From positions 1,603-65,602 of the forward strand of contig JAUCBJ010004643.1 in NCBI GenBank assembly GCA_032718475.1: a DNA stretch of 64,000 nt, given 5' to 3'. The notes under the pieces are model-generated. The model searched no databases. It had not been told where the DNA came from and saw nothing but the letters and a program-made list of their open reading frames with translations. This DNA comes from Nemertoderma westbladi. Its lineage: Eukaryota > Animalia > Xenacoelomorpha. The translations under genes and the position numbers were made by a program. Numbering within the stretch: position 1 is the first letter of the stretch; every line of letters begins with the position of its first letter. Positions 13,401-25,333 of this stretch are shown in pieces.

Positions 13401-16400
13401 ATTCCATGTGATTTCCTTAACCTTGTAAGTACTGCAGCCCGGAATAAACTTACCAACAGATAATGTTTGATTCCATTTGATTTCCTTAACCTTGTAAGTA
13501 CTGCAGCCCGGAATAAACTTACCAACAGATAATGTTTGATTCCATGTGATTTCCTTAACCTTGTAAGTACTGCAGCCCGGAATAAACTTACCAACAGATA
13601 ATGTTTGATTCCATGTGATTTCCTTAACCTTATAAGTACTGCAGCCCGGAATAAACTTACCTACAGATAATGTTTGATTCCATGTGATTTCCTTAACCTT
13701 GTAAGTACTGCAGCCCGGAATAAACTTACCAACAGATAATGTTTGATTCCATGTGATTTCCTTAACCTTGTAAGTACTGCAGCCCGGAATAAACTTACCT
13801 ACAGATAATGTTTGATTCCATGTGATTTCCTTAACCTTGTAAGTACTGCAGCCCGGAATAAACTTACCTACAGATAATGTTTGATTCCATGTGATTTCCT
13901 TAACCTTGTAAGTACTGCAGCCCGGAATAAACTTACCAACAGATAATGTTTGATTCCATGTGATTTCCTCAACCTTGTAAGTACTGCAGCCCGGAATAAA
14001 CTTACCTACAGATAATGTTTGATTCCATGTGATTTCCTTAACCTTGTAAGTACTGCAGCCCGGAATAAACTTACCAACAGATAATGTTTGATTCCATGTG
14101 ATTTCCTTAACCTTGTAAGTACTGCAGCCCGGAATAAACTTACCAACAGATAATGTTTGATTCCATTTGATTTCCTTAACCTTGTAAGTACTGCAGCCCG
14201 GAATAAACTTACCAACAGATAATGTTTGATTCCATGTGATTTCCTTAACCTTGTAAGTACTGCAGCCCGGAATAAACTTACCAACAGATAATGTTTGATT
14301 CCATGTGATTTCCTTAACCTTATAAGTACTGCAGCCCGGAATAAACTTACCTACAGATAATGTTTGATTCCATGTGATTTCCTTAACCTTGTAAGTACTG
14401 CAGCCCGGAATAAACTTACCAACAGATAATGTTTGATTCCATGTGATTTCCTTAACCTTGTAAGTACTGCAGCCCGGAATAAACTTACCTACAGATAATG
14501 TTTGATTCCATGTGATTTCCTTAACCTTGTAAGTACTGCAGCCCGGAATAAACTTACCTACAGATAATGTTTGATTCCATGTGATTTCCTTAACCTTGTA
14601 AGTACTGCAGCCCGGAATAAACTTACCAACAGATAATGTTTGATTCCATGTGATTTCCTCAACCTTGTAAGTACTGCAGCCCGGAATAAACTTACCTACA
14701 GATAATGTTTGATTCCATGTGATTTCCTTAACCTTGTCAGCCCTTTTAATAAACTGACCTACAAATAATGTTTGATTCCATGTTATTTCCTTAACCTTGT
14801 AAGTACTGCAGCCCGGAATAAACTTACCTACAGATAATGTTTGATTCCATGTGATTTCCTTAACCTTGTAAGTACTGCAGCCCGGAATAAACTTACCTAC
14901 AGATAATGTTTGATTCCATGTGATTTCCTTAACCTTGTAAGTACTGCAGCCCGGAATAAACTTACCAACAGATAATGTTTGATTCCATGTGATTTCCTTA
15001 ACCTTGTAAGTACTGCAGCCCGGAATAAACTTACCTACAGATAATGTTTGATTCCATGTGATTTCTTTAACCTTCTTAAGTACTGCAGCCCGGAATAAAC
15101 TAACCTACAGATAATGTTTGATTCCATGTGATTTCCTTAACCTTGTAAGTACTGCAGCCCGGAATAAACTTACCAACAGATAATGTTTGATTCCATGTGA
15201 TTTCCTTAACCTTGTAAGTACTGCAGCCCGGAATAAACTTACCTACAGATAATGTTTGATTCCATGTGATTTCCTTAACCTTGTCAGCCCTTTTAATAAA
15301 CATACCTACAGATAATGTTTGATTCCATGTGATTTCCTTAACCTTGTAAGTACTGCAGCCTGGAATAAACTTACCTACAGATAATGTTTGATTCCATGTG
15401 ATTTCCTTAACCTTGTAAGTACTGCAGCCCGGAATAAACTTACCTACAGATAATGTTTGATTCCATGTGATTTCCTTAAACTTGTCAGCCCTTTTAATAA
15501 ACATACCTACAGATAATGTTTGATTCCATGTGATTTCCTTAACCTTGTAAGTACTGCAGCCCGGAAAAAACTTACCTACAGATAATGTTTGATTCCATGT
15601 GATTTCCTTAACCTTGTAAGTACTGCAGCCCGGAATAAACTTACCTACAGATAATGTTTGATTCTATGTGATCTCCTTAACCTTGTCAGCCCTTTTAATA
15701 AACTTACCTACAGATAATGTTTGATTCCATGTGATTTCCTTAACCTTGTAAGTACTGCAGCCCGGAATAAACTTACCTACAGATAATGTTTGATTCCATG
15801 TGATTGTAATTCTGCAGCACGGAATAAACTTACCTAAAGATAATGTTTGATTCCATGTGATTGTAATTCTGCAGCCCGGAATAAACTTACCTACAGATAA
15901 TGTTTGATTCCATGTGATTTCTTTGACCTTGTAAGTACTGCAGCCCGGAATAAACTTACCAACAGATAATGTTTGATTCCATGTGATTTCCTTAACCTTG
16001 TAAGTACTGAAGCCCGGAATAAACTTACCTACAGATAATGTTTGATTCCATGTGATTGTAATTCTGCAGCCCGGAATAAACTTACCTACAGATAATGTTT
16101 GATTCCATGTGATTTACTTAACCTTGTAAGTACTGCAGCCCGGAATAAACTTACCTACAGATAATGCTAGATTCCATGTGATTTCCTTAACCTTGTAAGT
16201 ACTGCAGCCCGGAATAAACTTACCTACAGATAATGTTTGATTCCATGTGATTTCCTTAACCTTGTAAGTACTGCAGCCCGGAATAAACTTACCTACAGAT
16301 AATGTTCGATTCCATTTGATTTCCTTAACCTTGTAAGTACTGCAGCCCGGAATAAACTTACCTACAGATAATGTTTGATTCCATGTGATTTCCGTAACCT

Positions 16401-17498
16401 TGTAAGTACTGCAGCCCGGAATAAACTTACCTACAGATAATGTTTGATTCCATGTGATTTCCTTAACCTTGTAAGTACTGCAGCCCGGAATAAACTTACC
16501 TACAGATAATGTTTGATTCCATGTGATTTCCTTAACCTTGTAAGTACTGCAGCCCTTTTAATAAACTTACCTACAGATAATGTTTGATTCCATGTGATTT
16601 CCTTAACCTTGTAAGTACTGCAGCCCGGAATAAACTTACCTACAGATAATGTTTGATTCCATGTGATTTCCTTAACCTTGTAAGTACTGCAGCCCGGAAT
16701 AAACTTACCTACAGATAATGTTTGATTCCATGTGATTTCCTTAACCTTGTAAGTACTGCAGCCCGGAATAAACTTACCTACAGATAATGTTTGATTCCAT
16801 GTGATTTCCGTAACCTTGTAAGTACTGCAGCCCGGAATAAACTTACCTACAGATAATGTTTGATTCCATGTGATTTCCTTAACCTTGTAAGTACTGCAGC
16901 CCGGAATAAACTTACCTACAGATAATGTTCGATTCCATTTGATTTCCTTAACCTTGTAAGTACTGCAGCCCGGAATAAACTTACCTACAGATAATGTTTG
17001 ATTCCATGTGATTTCCTTAACCTTGTAAGTACTGCAGCCCGGAATAAACTTACCTACAGATAATGTTTGATTCCATGTGATTTCCTTAACCTTGTAAGTA
17101 CTGCAGCCCTTTTAATAAACTTACCTACAGATAATGTTTGATTCCATGTGATTTCCTTAACCTTGTAAGTACTGCAGCCCGGAATAAACTTACCTACAGA
17201 TAATGTTTGATTCCATGTGATTTCCTTAACCTTGTAAGTACTGCAGCCCGGAATAAACTTACCTACAGATAATGTTTGATTCCATGTGATTTCCTTAACC
17301 TTGTAAGTACTGCAGCCCGGAATAAACTTACCTACAGATAATGTTTGATTCCATGTGATTTCCGTAACCTTGTAAGTACTGCAGCCCGGAATAAACTTAC
17401 CTACAGATAATGTTTGATTCCATGTGATTTCCTTAACCTTGTAAGTACTGCAGCCCGGAATAAACTTACCAACAGATAATGTTTGATTCCATGTGATT
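1443..17498. repeat. Tandem satellite, 69-bp monomer, roughly 235 copies, with a 57-bp variant and other recurrent variants
   Basis: Monomer GTAAGTACTGCAGCCCGGAATAAACTTACCTACAGATAATGTTTGATTCCATGTGATTTCCTTAACCTT repeats head to tail. The short variant is GTAATTCTGCAG...ATGTGATT (57 bp). The 23-aa periodic ORFs in the track are by-products. Confidence 0.99.
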
Positions 17499-20400
17499 GA
17501 TATTACTAATACTACTACTAGGTCGAGCGAACTCGGACAGTGGAAATGAGATCCTTCCAGGCTTCCCGATTCTCCATAGTTGTCGCAATTTCGTTTCTCC
17601 CAAGTTCAGTATCCCTTTCAAGTTGATCTATATATGTTATGGCCGGTCGTCCACGACTAGGCTTTCCATGAGTTGGTTGCCAGAGAAGTAGATCTGGTAT
17701 GACCTCGTCTTTACTTCGCCAACAGTGCCCACTGAATCTTAATCTGCGTTCACGGTGGGTGGTTAATACAGGTGGTATTGTACCATAAAGCTCGGCGTTT
17801 GTCATGTGTTGTCTCCAGCTGATGTTTAGGGCTGCTCTTAGTAGTAGTCTTGTGTAACAACCATCAATTCGTTGTTCAAGTGATTTAGTCAGTGTCCAGG
17901 TCTCACACCGTATAAAAATACACTTTCCACTGTGGCTCGAAAGAACTTAGTCTTTAGGTGCCTGGAGAGATCTGATTTCCAGATGGTATCCATTTTTGAT
18001 AGACCTACACAAGCCTTTGCTTTCCTAACTTCTATGTCCTTTTTGCTACTCTCTATCCATGATCCAAGGTACTGGAAGACATCGACCTTCCTTAGTTGAT
18101 TATTATTAATGGTTGTCAAGTTTTCATCAACATTAAAGGTCATGAATTCGGTCTTGGTAGCATTTATATGCAATCCAACCTCCTTAGCAGCCCTCTCCAC
18201 TTTATTTAGTAGAAGCTGTGCATCTGCTAGCGTATTAGAGAGCAGGGCGATGTCATCCGCAAAGTCGGTGTCTGTGACTGTAGTTGCCGGATATCTACTA
18301 CTTCTGCGTTCTTGAAGTGTGAATCACAGATCTTCACCCTTTGTGGCCGTCCTCATTGCGTAATCCAGCACAATTACAAATAGTAATGGTGCTAATGTGT
18401 CACCTTGCAGTACGCCAGCCAGGATTGAGAAAAACTCAGTTTCACCATCTGGTGAGAATACCTGTGCTTCTGTGTCACAATATAACAATCCAATGCCAGC
18501 AACAATTACTTCTTGTATTCCATAAGCTCTTAGGATTTTAAGCATTTTACCTCTATGGATGGAGTCGAATGCCTTCTTGAAGTCCACAAAAGTCATGACT
18601 GCGGGGAGATTCTTTGACTTAATTCCTTCAATCAGTCTCCGTAGCGCAAGTATCCGAGCTATTGTTGATCTACTTGGTCGAAATCCGTTTTGGCTCTTAC
18701 GCAGTATTTTCTCTATGTGAGGCCTAATCCTATATAGAATCATTTTATTGTATATTTTGGCAGCTACCACAAGCAGACAGATCCCACTATGATTTGTTGG
18801 TATGCCGAGGTCTCCTTTCTTGGGGAGAGGCTTTAGTTGACCTTTAGTCCAAATTGGTGGTGGCTTTCCCCTTTTAACATCCGGTTGCAAACATTCAATA
18901 ATGGTCTGTTTAGCACTCCGGTTTTCCATACCTCCGCTGGGATTTCATCTAATCCACTCGCTTTATTATTGGACATGCTTTTAATGCTTCTTTGGAGTTC
19001 GACAGGTGTGAAGTCCCCTGTTTCTATAGGTAGTGTCTTGTCATATATTTTCCTTGTAGGGCTGACCTCGATGTTTGGTGGCTGCCCAAGCAAGTTGCTG
19101 AAGTGATTTTTCCACTTCCCAACACGTTCTTCAGGACTATCGGCTTTGAGGCGCCCATTGCATAACTTTTCCGACCAGATACCTCATTTACAGTTTGCCA
19201 GGTAAGTCTTGTTGTTGCTGTATATGAGCAGTTGTAATTGCTTCAGTTTTATCCTGTATGTACTTTTCCTGGCTGATGTTGTAGGCCAATTTAAGATCGT
19301 CCTTAGCGTTCTCAACCTTGTTAATGTTTTCAGTTGTTCGGTTTTAACTTTGTAGGCTATCTTAAGATCTTCTCTCTTACAAGTAACCTTAGAGTTTTGC
19401 CATGGCACATACTGTTTTCGTTTGGGTTTCTGGGGGATATGCCTCTTAGCTGATTCCTTGTGGGCTGTTATTATATTCTGGTATATTGAATAGGTGGATT
19501 GGTCTTCATCAATTGACTGAAGTGCTTCAAAGCGGTTTTGAACTTCTACTGTATAAGCATCCTTTACAGCATTGTCAGTTCTGAGTTTCTCCCAGTCATA
19601 GTTGATTTGCTTGCTTGTCCTGGGTTTGCTGGCTCTCAAACTGAGTCTGATCTCTGCAGTCACAATTCTGTGGTCCGAACCAATTAGGTTGAACGAGCTG
19701 TATGCCTCGCAAGTTGATCATGCTGTTTCTCCACTTTTTGTTTATAAGGATGTAATCCAGTTGTGCTTTGGTTCCATTAGGGTATTGAAAGGTCCATAGC
19801 TTCCCCTTACTCTTTTCGAATGTGTTGTTTGTTGGTATCAATTCACATTCGTTCCATTAGGTCTAAAAGTAAGTACCCATTTCTGTTAGAACTGGTGTTA
19901 TAGGTGTGACCCTTGATGTCTTCTGGGCCAATTTGCGCATTCAGGTCACCAGCAATGACTTTAACATTGTGTTTCGGAATGTCCTTTATAAGTCCAGTCA
20001 GTTCTTCATAAAACTTGACTGCTTGTTCTGGCTCTGAGGCATTGGTTGGACTGTAGCAACATATAACTGTTGCCTTGGGATTCCCATCAAATGTTGCGAT
20101 CATAACCCTGGAATTTATAGATTCGATGTTGTTTAGGGTCTTAAGTGCAAATGGGCTTAGCAGAATTCCTACTCCACAAATTGATACATTGGCCGAGTTT
20201 CTTACTGCTGAGCTTGTTACTAACGTCCATCCATTTCCAATGTCATTGTACTTCATGGCAGTGTCTTCATGACAAATCCGATGTTCTTGGATGCAGATGA
20301 TGTCGATGTTATATTCCATTGCCAGAGCGACCATGTCACCCTGTTTGGTATGTGCTTTCAGCGTGCGTGCGTTCATTGTAGCAATCTTTAGTGTCTTTTT

Positions 20401-20640
20401 ACATTTCAACAGGTTGGTTCTTCTTTCTTCTCTGTCTTCTGTATCTTGTATTTGGATATTATCCGCATCTTATTTGGTGTCCTCAGCATTTAGACCCCCG
20501 TATTGACTCTCATAGGAGCACTGGTTCTACAACTCTAGATTTGAGACATGGGGGGGGGGGGGGGGGGGGGACTCGACGCAAATCCAAATTGACCCTTTTT
20601 TGGCGACTAATGGTCTCACCCAGTCGGCAGGTCGCTGCCT
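17499..20640 (-). mobile_element. Near full-length, decayed RTE-clade non-LTR retrotransposon (APE endonuclease + RT), several frameshifts
   Basis: APE: IATMNARTL, ICIQEHR, CYSPTN, AGDLNAQIG (19843-20409); QLDYILI and SDHRIV nearby. RT: PLPKKGDL, QNGFRPSRS, FVDFKKAFDSIHR, GVLQGDTLAP (18324-18929); FADD near 18255. C-terminus RRLRFSGHCWR...RGRP. (TAG)n-like 3' tail at ~17500-17520. The 5' boundary is approximate. Confidence 0.95.
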
Positions 20641-20834
20641 ATCACAAGCCTAATTATCTAATTAACTATAACTCATCACGTTTTAAGCAATATGATTGGT
20701 GTAAAGCTCATTGTACGTCTAAATAATAATTTCGTAATAAAGTACTAAATGTAATATAAGTAATACTATTTATATGATAATTATATTATTCTTATATATG
20801 TTATATAGATATAATCATAGGCCTACCTATATAG

Positions 20835-21108
20835 AGACTATAGGTGGAGCCGACTTTGCCGACCAAATCGACTATTCCGACCACCCCTGTATATGATATA
20901 TGTAAGCCGACCAGCCGACCACTGTAACTTACTCTCAGTTCACTGGGTCGAAGAGTCGCTTATTGTAGACCTATGATGATATGTAAACCGACCAATTGCG
21001 ACTTACCCTCAGTTTACTGGGTCGAAAAGTCAGTCGCCTTTATTAACGGCCCAAGAGGTGGTCGGAAGAGTCGATTTGGTCGGTAAGGTCGGCCGCACCT
21101 ATAGTCTA
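20835..21108. mobile_element. MITE-like element with ~55-bp terminal inverted repeats; a further related partial copy at ~21318-21505
   Basis: AGACTATAGGTGGAGCCGACTTTGCCGACCAAATCGACTATTCCGACCACC at the left end pairs with GGTGGTCGGAAGAGTCGATTTGGTCGGTAAGGTCGGCCGCACCTATAGTCT at the right end. The left arm recurs at 21318. Confidence 0.8.
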
Positions 21109-22004
21109 CATCAATAAACGATGTTGTTACCAATTGAGGGAAATGAGCAGGTTACAGAGACGGGTTTTTCAAGTCAAGTCTCCCTCTCTCTATAAAACTA
21201 TTAGACACAGTGAACTGAGTGTAAGTCGCAAGAGTGATCGGCTGTTAAGCTTACATATAATCATATATACTATATAGACTATATGGAGGGTCGTTAAAAG
21301 TCGCAAAACTTTATATGTAGACTATAGGTGGAGCCGACCTTGCCGACCAATTCGACTATTCCGACCACCTCTGGGGCCGTGTATAAAGGCGACTATTCGA
21401 TCCAGTGAACTGAGGGTAACTCGCAAGTGGTCGGTAGTTCGCGGCTAACCTAAATACTCTCCATGTAAACAAGCCGACTTCTAGCGATCCCCCTGTGGTC
21501 GGCTGGTCGGCTTTCATGTACTGTATAATAGTTAACACATACACAATAATTCAAATAGACATTAAATATATAATTAATAGTAAATAGTAATAACTGGCCA
21601 ACTAATATATATAGTACGTAGTTATACCAATTAACCAATCAAATGCTGTACATGATAATGAGGGACAGCAATTAGGGTAGACGCATTGTTATTGGATTCA
21701 TATAGCCGACCATTGCGTCGATAAAATTTTTACTAAGAAGAATATTCTATATATTCTATATTGTATAATCTTTATTAAGAAAATAATACTGAATAGTTTA
21801 CATAATACATACATTAATGTTTCTGCTTTTCTTGCTAAGATGATCGGTTCTTAAACACACTTAGTAGGCCTACAATAATAATTATGGTGAATACTAATAT
21901 TAAGCAAATGGACCTTTGCCCATCAGGTTTGCCATATGGTAGATTGATTTAATATTAAATTGCCTAGGTAAATCTACTGAAATATAAAACTACAGAATAT
22001 TGGC

Positions 22005-23311
22005 ATGTGGGGCGAGCCACGAAGTTGGCGGAGCCTTAGCGAATTGACACTGTTAGGGGGTGGGTCAATTTATGCAAATAGTTGTCGTCGTCGTCGTTGT
22101 CGTCGTCGTCGTCGTCGTCGTTGTCGTCGTCGTCGTCGTTACGATTTTGACATGCTAATAACTTTGTCGGATTTAAAGCTGCCAAGTTGAAAATTTGTAG
22201 GTATCAATATGAGCAAAAGTTGAGATTTTTGAGAGACTTTCAGACACCATCAGTGCAATGGTCTCCCGCTAGAGGGCCACATGTCTAAACATTAAATGCC
22301 CTCCCATTTCTTTGCTTTTAATCCGTTTAAGCTGAAACTTGGCAGATATGTATTAGACCATTAGCTGTGACTTTCAAAGGAGGCGAATCCATCTGCAGTT
22401 CTCCAGTCTGCCGCTAGAGGGCCAAAGGTCTGAAAGTGAAATCGTTGTCGTCGTTACGATTTTGACATGCTAATAACTTTGTCGGATTTAAAGCTGCCAA
22501 GTTGAAAATTTGTAGGTATCAATATGAGCTAAAGTTGAGATTTTTGAGAGACTTTCAGACACCATCAGTGCAATGGTCTCCCGCTAGAGGGCCACATGCC
22601 TAAACATTAAATGCCCTCCCATTTCTTTGCTTTTAATCCGTTTAAGCTGAAACTTGGCAGATATGTATTAGACCATTAGCTGTGACTTTCAAAGGAGGCG
22701 AATCCATCTGCAGTTCTCCAGTCTGCCGCTAGAGGGCCAAATGTCTGAAAGTGAAATCGTTGTCGTCGTTATGATATTGACATGCTTATAACTTTGTCGA
22801 ATTTAAAGCTGCCAAGTTGAAAATTTGTTTTGTTGAAAATCAGTTCAACAGTCACCCGCTATAGGACTACTTTATGCCTGAAAGTGAATAGATTCTCCCG
22901 TCTCATTGATTTTAATCAGTTTAAGCTGAATCTTGCCATATATTCTGGACCACATGCTGCGTCTTTGTGGGGGGGGGGGAGGGGAGATTTAATCGGTCTG
23001 CCGCTATACGACGAAATTTCTGAAAGTGAGATCCGTCTCTCATTTCGTTATCCGTTATTCAAGATGAAACTTGGCCGATGTACGTATGTACTATTCATCC
23101 ATAGGTTGTGTCTTTGTGGGGCTGGAGACCCTAATCCATCTTCAGTTCTCACTATACCGCTAGAGTCAGAAATGTCTGAATGGAAATGAAAGAGGTAAAA
23201 AGTGATTAGGCGAAATCTGCTTAAAATTTGCTAATACAGTAATACTTTCGAATTAGTACTTAAATTAAATTTAAGTCACGTGCTGCGCGAAGGCCCCACT
23301 TCGTGTATGGT
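22005..23311 (+). mobile_element. Non-autonomous Helentron-associated (HINE/DINE-1-like) element with a (GTC)n microsatellite and central tandem repeats
   Basis: Short subterminal inverted repeat CACGAAGT (22018) / ACTTCGTG (~23298), (GTC)n at 22081-22140, then 315-bp tandem units. This is the typical HINE layout; the family assignment is inference. Confidence 0.65.
22141..23180. repeat. 315-bp tandem repeat: two near-identical units plus a degenerate third
   Basis: ACGATTTTGACATGCTAATAACTTTGTCG at 22141 and 22456, and a diverged copy at 22771. Confidence 0.92.
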
Positions 23312-23319
23312 AGTATGGA

Positions 23320-25055
23320 CAGTGCCGGATTAACCAAGGCATATAAGGCACGTGCCTTAGGGCCAGCCGAAAATACGGGCCATTTTTTCTCAGTGATTCA
23401 GCATTTCATTCAGCATTCCTTTGAAAAAAATTTTCTTATCTGAAAAGTCCACATTTTTTCCCATTACAATTTGTAGTGCATCTTTCGACTACTTCCTATC
23501 ATTAAATTTGTGGTAGAAAGTGCAATATTCCAGCTGTTATTATTTACTGGGTTCGAAACCAGACGGTAGGGAAATAAAAAAACATGGGCAGTAAAAGCTT
23601 TAAAGTGCTAATTATGAACAATGGAGAATCTAATTTTATTTACGGTATTTGTGGGAAATTATTTGTAGTCATGCACTTAAACTTTCTAGAACAACCAAAT
23701 AATGACGCGGTGACTTTGTCTGGATATACTGGAAATACATACCGTAGTATATGTATGGCGTAGGGTGTATGGACATACTGAGAAATAATATCGCACTACG
23801 AATTAAAGTTGGAAAATATGTCGCCCTGGAGAGTAGGCAGTGCGAAATTATTATTTTTTTTTTTACCGGAAACTAGTTATATAAATATAGACCCTAATAG
23901 ATAAAAAAGGATTAATTAGTTGTAGATAAAATAGTTGTCGATAGAAAAAACGCGTAAATAACTCCATGTCACTAATTTAATTTAACCGAAATTCAGATGT
24001 TCTGTCGCCGTGTATTGCATTTTGCACTCGATTGCATCACTAAATTCCCTACTACAGTACTTTAGTATTTTTTACTCAGTTGTCATCGTACGCAGCACGC
24101 AGTCACAGTACGCAGCTTTAGGACTACTATCGTTGGTTTTGTAAAACATGGCCATTAGGATCTCCTAGAACCGATTTTGTAACTGCTACCCTTCGTCTAT
24201 CACAAAATATTTGATTCCAAAAATATAGCTCGGACATACTAAACTCTAAGGGAAAAAGCAGTCGGGGAGAAGTTCTATTTTCAACTGAGTTGAAATTTCA
24301 ACTTTATTTTTTAAAATTCAACTTTTTATTAAAATTCAACTTTTGGAGTAGAGTTTAAAATTCATCTTTTTTTTAAAAATCAACTTTTGGAGTAGCTTTG
24401 GAAATACTGAAATATGGAATTGGAATCCATTACTGGTATTCCATTGTATAATAATTATGACATTCAGCGGTAATTAAATACATCGAATAAATTCCCGTAG
24501 TATCTCAGCTAATTTGAAAATGTAATCACTTAAAATGTTTTAAAAAAAAGTGTTCCCGATGGCGACGGTGAAGGTTGTTATTCCATCGGTAATGAGGGTT
24601 AATTTTTCGAGTTACATTCATAAAAACAATAAAAACACCCCTTCTGTCACGTCTTGGGGGCCTTCTGTGCCTCCTGCCATTTTAGAGTTGAATTTACAAC
24701 TTAAAAGTTGAATTTAAAAAAAAAGTTTTAAATTTCAAACTCAGTTGAAATTTGAACTTCTCCCGACTGAAAAGAGCAACTTTTTCTCCCGATTTTGGTC
24801 TAAATTCGAGCGAAAAAGTAACAATTTAGGAATAAAAACTATTTTTGCCAAGTACTTATTGAAAGTACTTAGTATTTATTTACACGCAGTCATCCAGCGA
24901 AAATACTTTATATTTCCTTCGCAACATTTTCACAATTTCTGTTGTTTTTAGCAGCTTTTTCATTTGAAAGATATGTGGAAAATATCAATTTTCGGGCCAT
25001 TTATGGAAATTACTAAAATGTGCCTTAGGGCCACCAGATGCTTAATCCGGGACTG
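23320..25055. mobile_element. Non-autonomous hAT-type DNA transposon
   Basis: TIR CAGTGCCGGATTAA / TTAATCCGGGACTG. Perfect 8-bp TSD AGTATGGA at 23312-23319 and 25056-25063. Subterminal GTGCCTTAGGGCCA at both ends. Confidence 0.9.
24259..24769. mobile_element. MITE nested inside the hAT element
   Basis: TIR CAGTCGGGGAGAAGTTC..TTTCAACTGAGTT / AACTCAGTTGAAA..GAACTTCTCCCGACTG, with internal (AAATTCAACTTT) subrepeats in inverted orientation. Possible AAAAG TSD. Confidence 0.75.
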
Positions 25056-25333
25056 AGTATGGAAGATAGTGATGGTTGTATTCTCAGAATTTAACTGCTA
25101 CCGGTACTGTAGAGAGCCAGTAAACAGGCTCTAAGAAGAAAGGAACCACAAAACTTAGTAGATCTTCCTTTGTAATTGATTTTAGTCTGAACTGGTAATA
25201 TTAATAATAATTAATTCATCACCAACAATTAATTACACCAGCTATTAAACCAATTATATAAACCAGCATGTCCGTCCATCTCGCTTTGCGCGCCGTCCTT
25301 TTTTGCTTTTTACACCGCATCTGAGTCTGGAGT

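Noticed and set aside
1443-17498. CRISPR-like array or repeat-protein gene
   Set aside because: Monomers are contiguous with no unique spacers and no cas genes. The periodic ORFs are repeatedly broken by stops.
20570-20650. HDV-like ribozyme at the RTE 5' end
   Set aside because: Small hairpins exist (GGCAG/CTGCC, CGACT/AGTCG), but I could not build the nested double pseudoknot by eye.
22005-22190. Arg-rich protamine-like ORF
   Set aside because: It is just the translation of the (GTC)n microsatellite.
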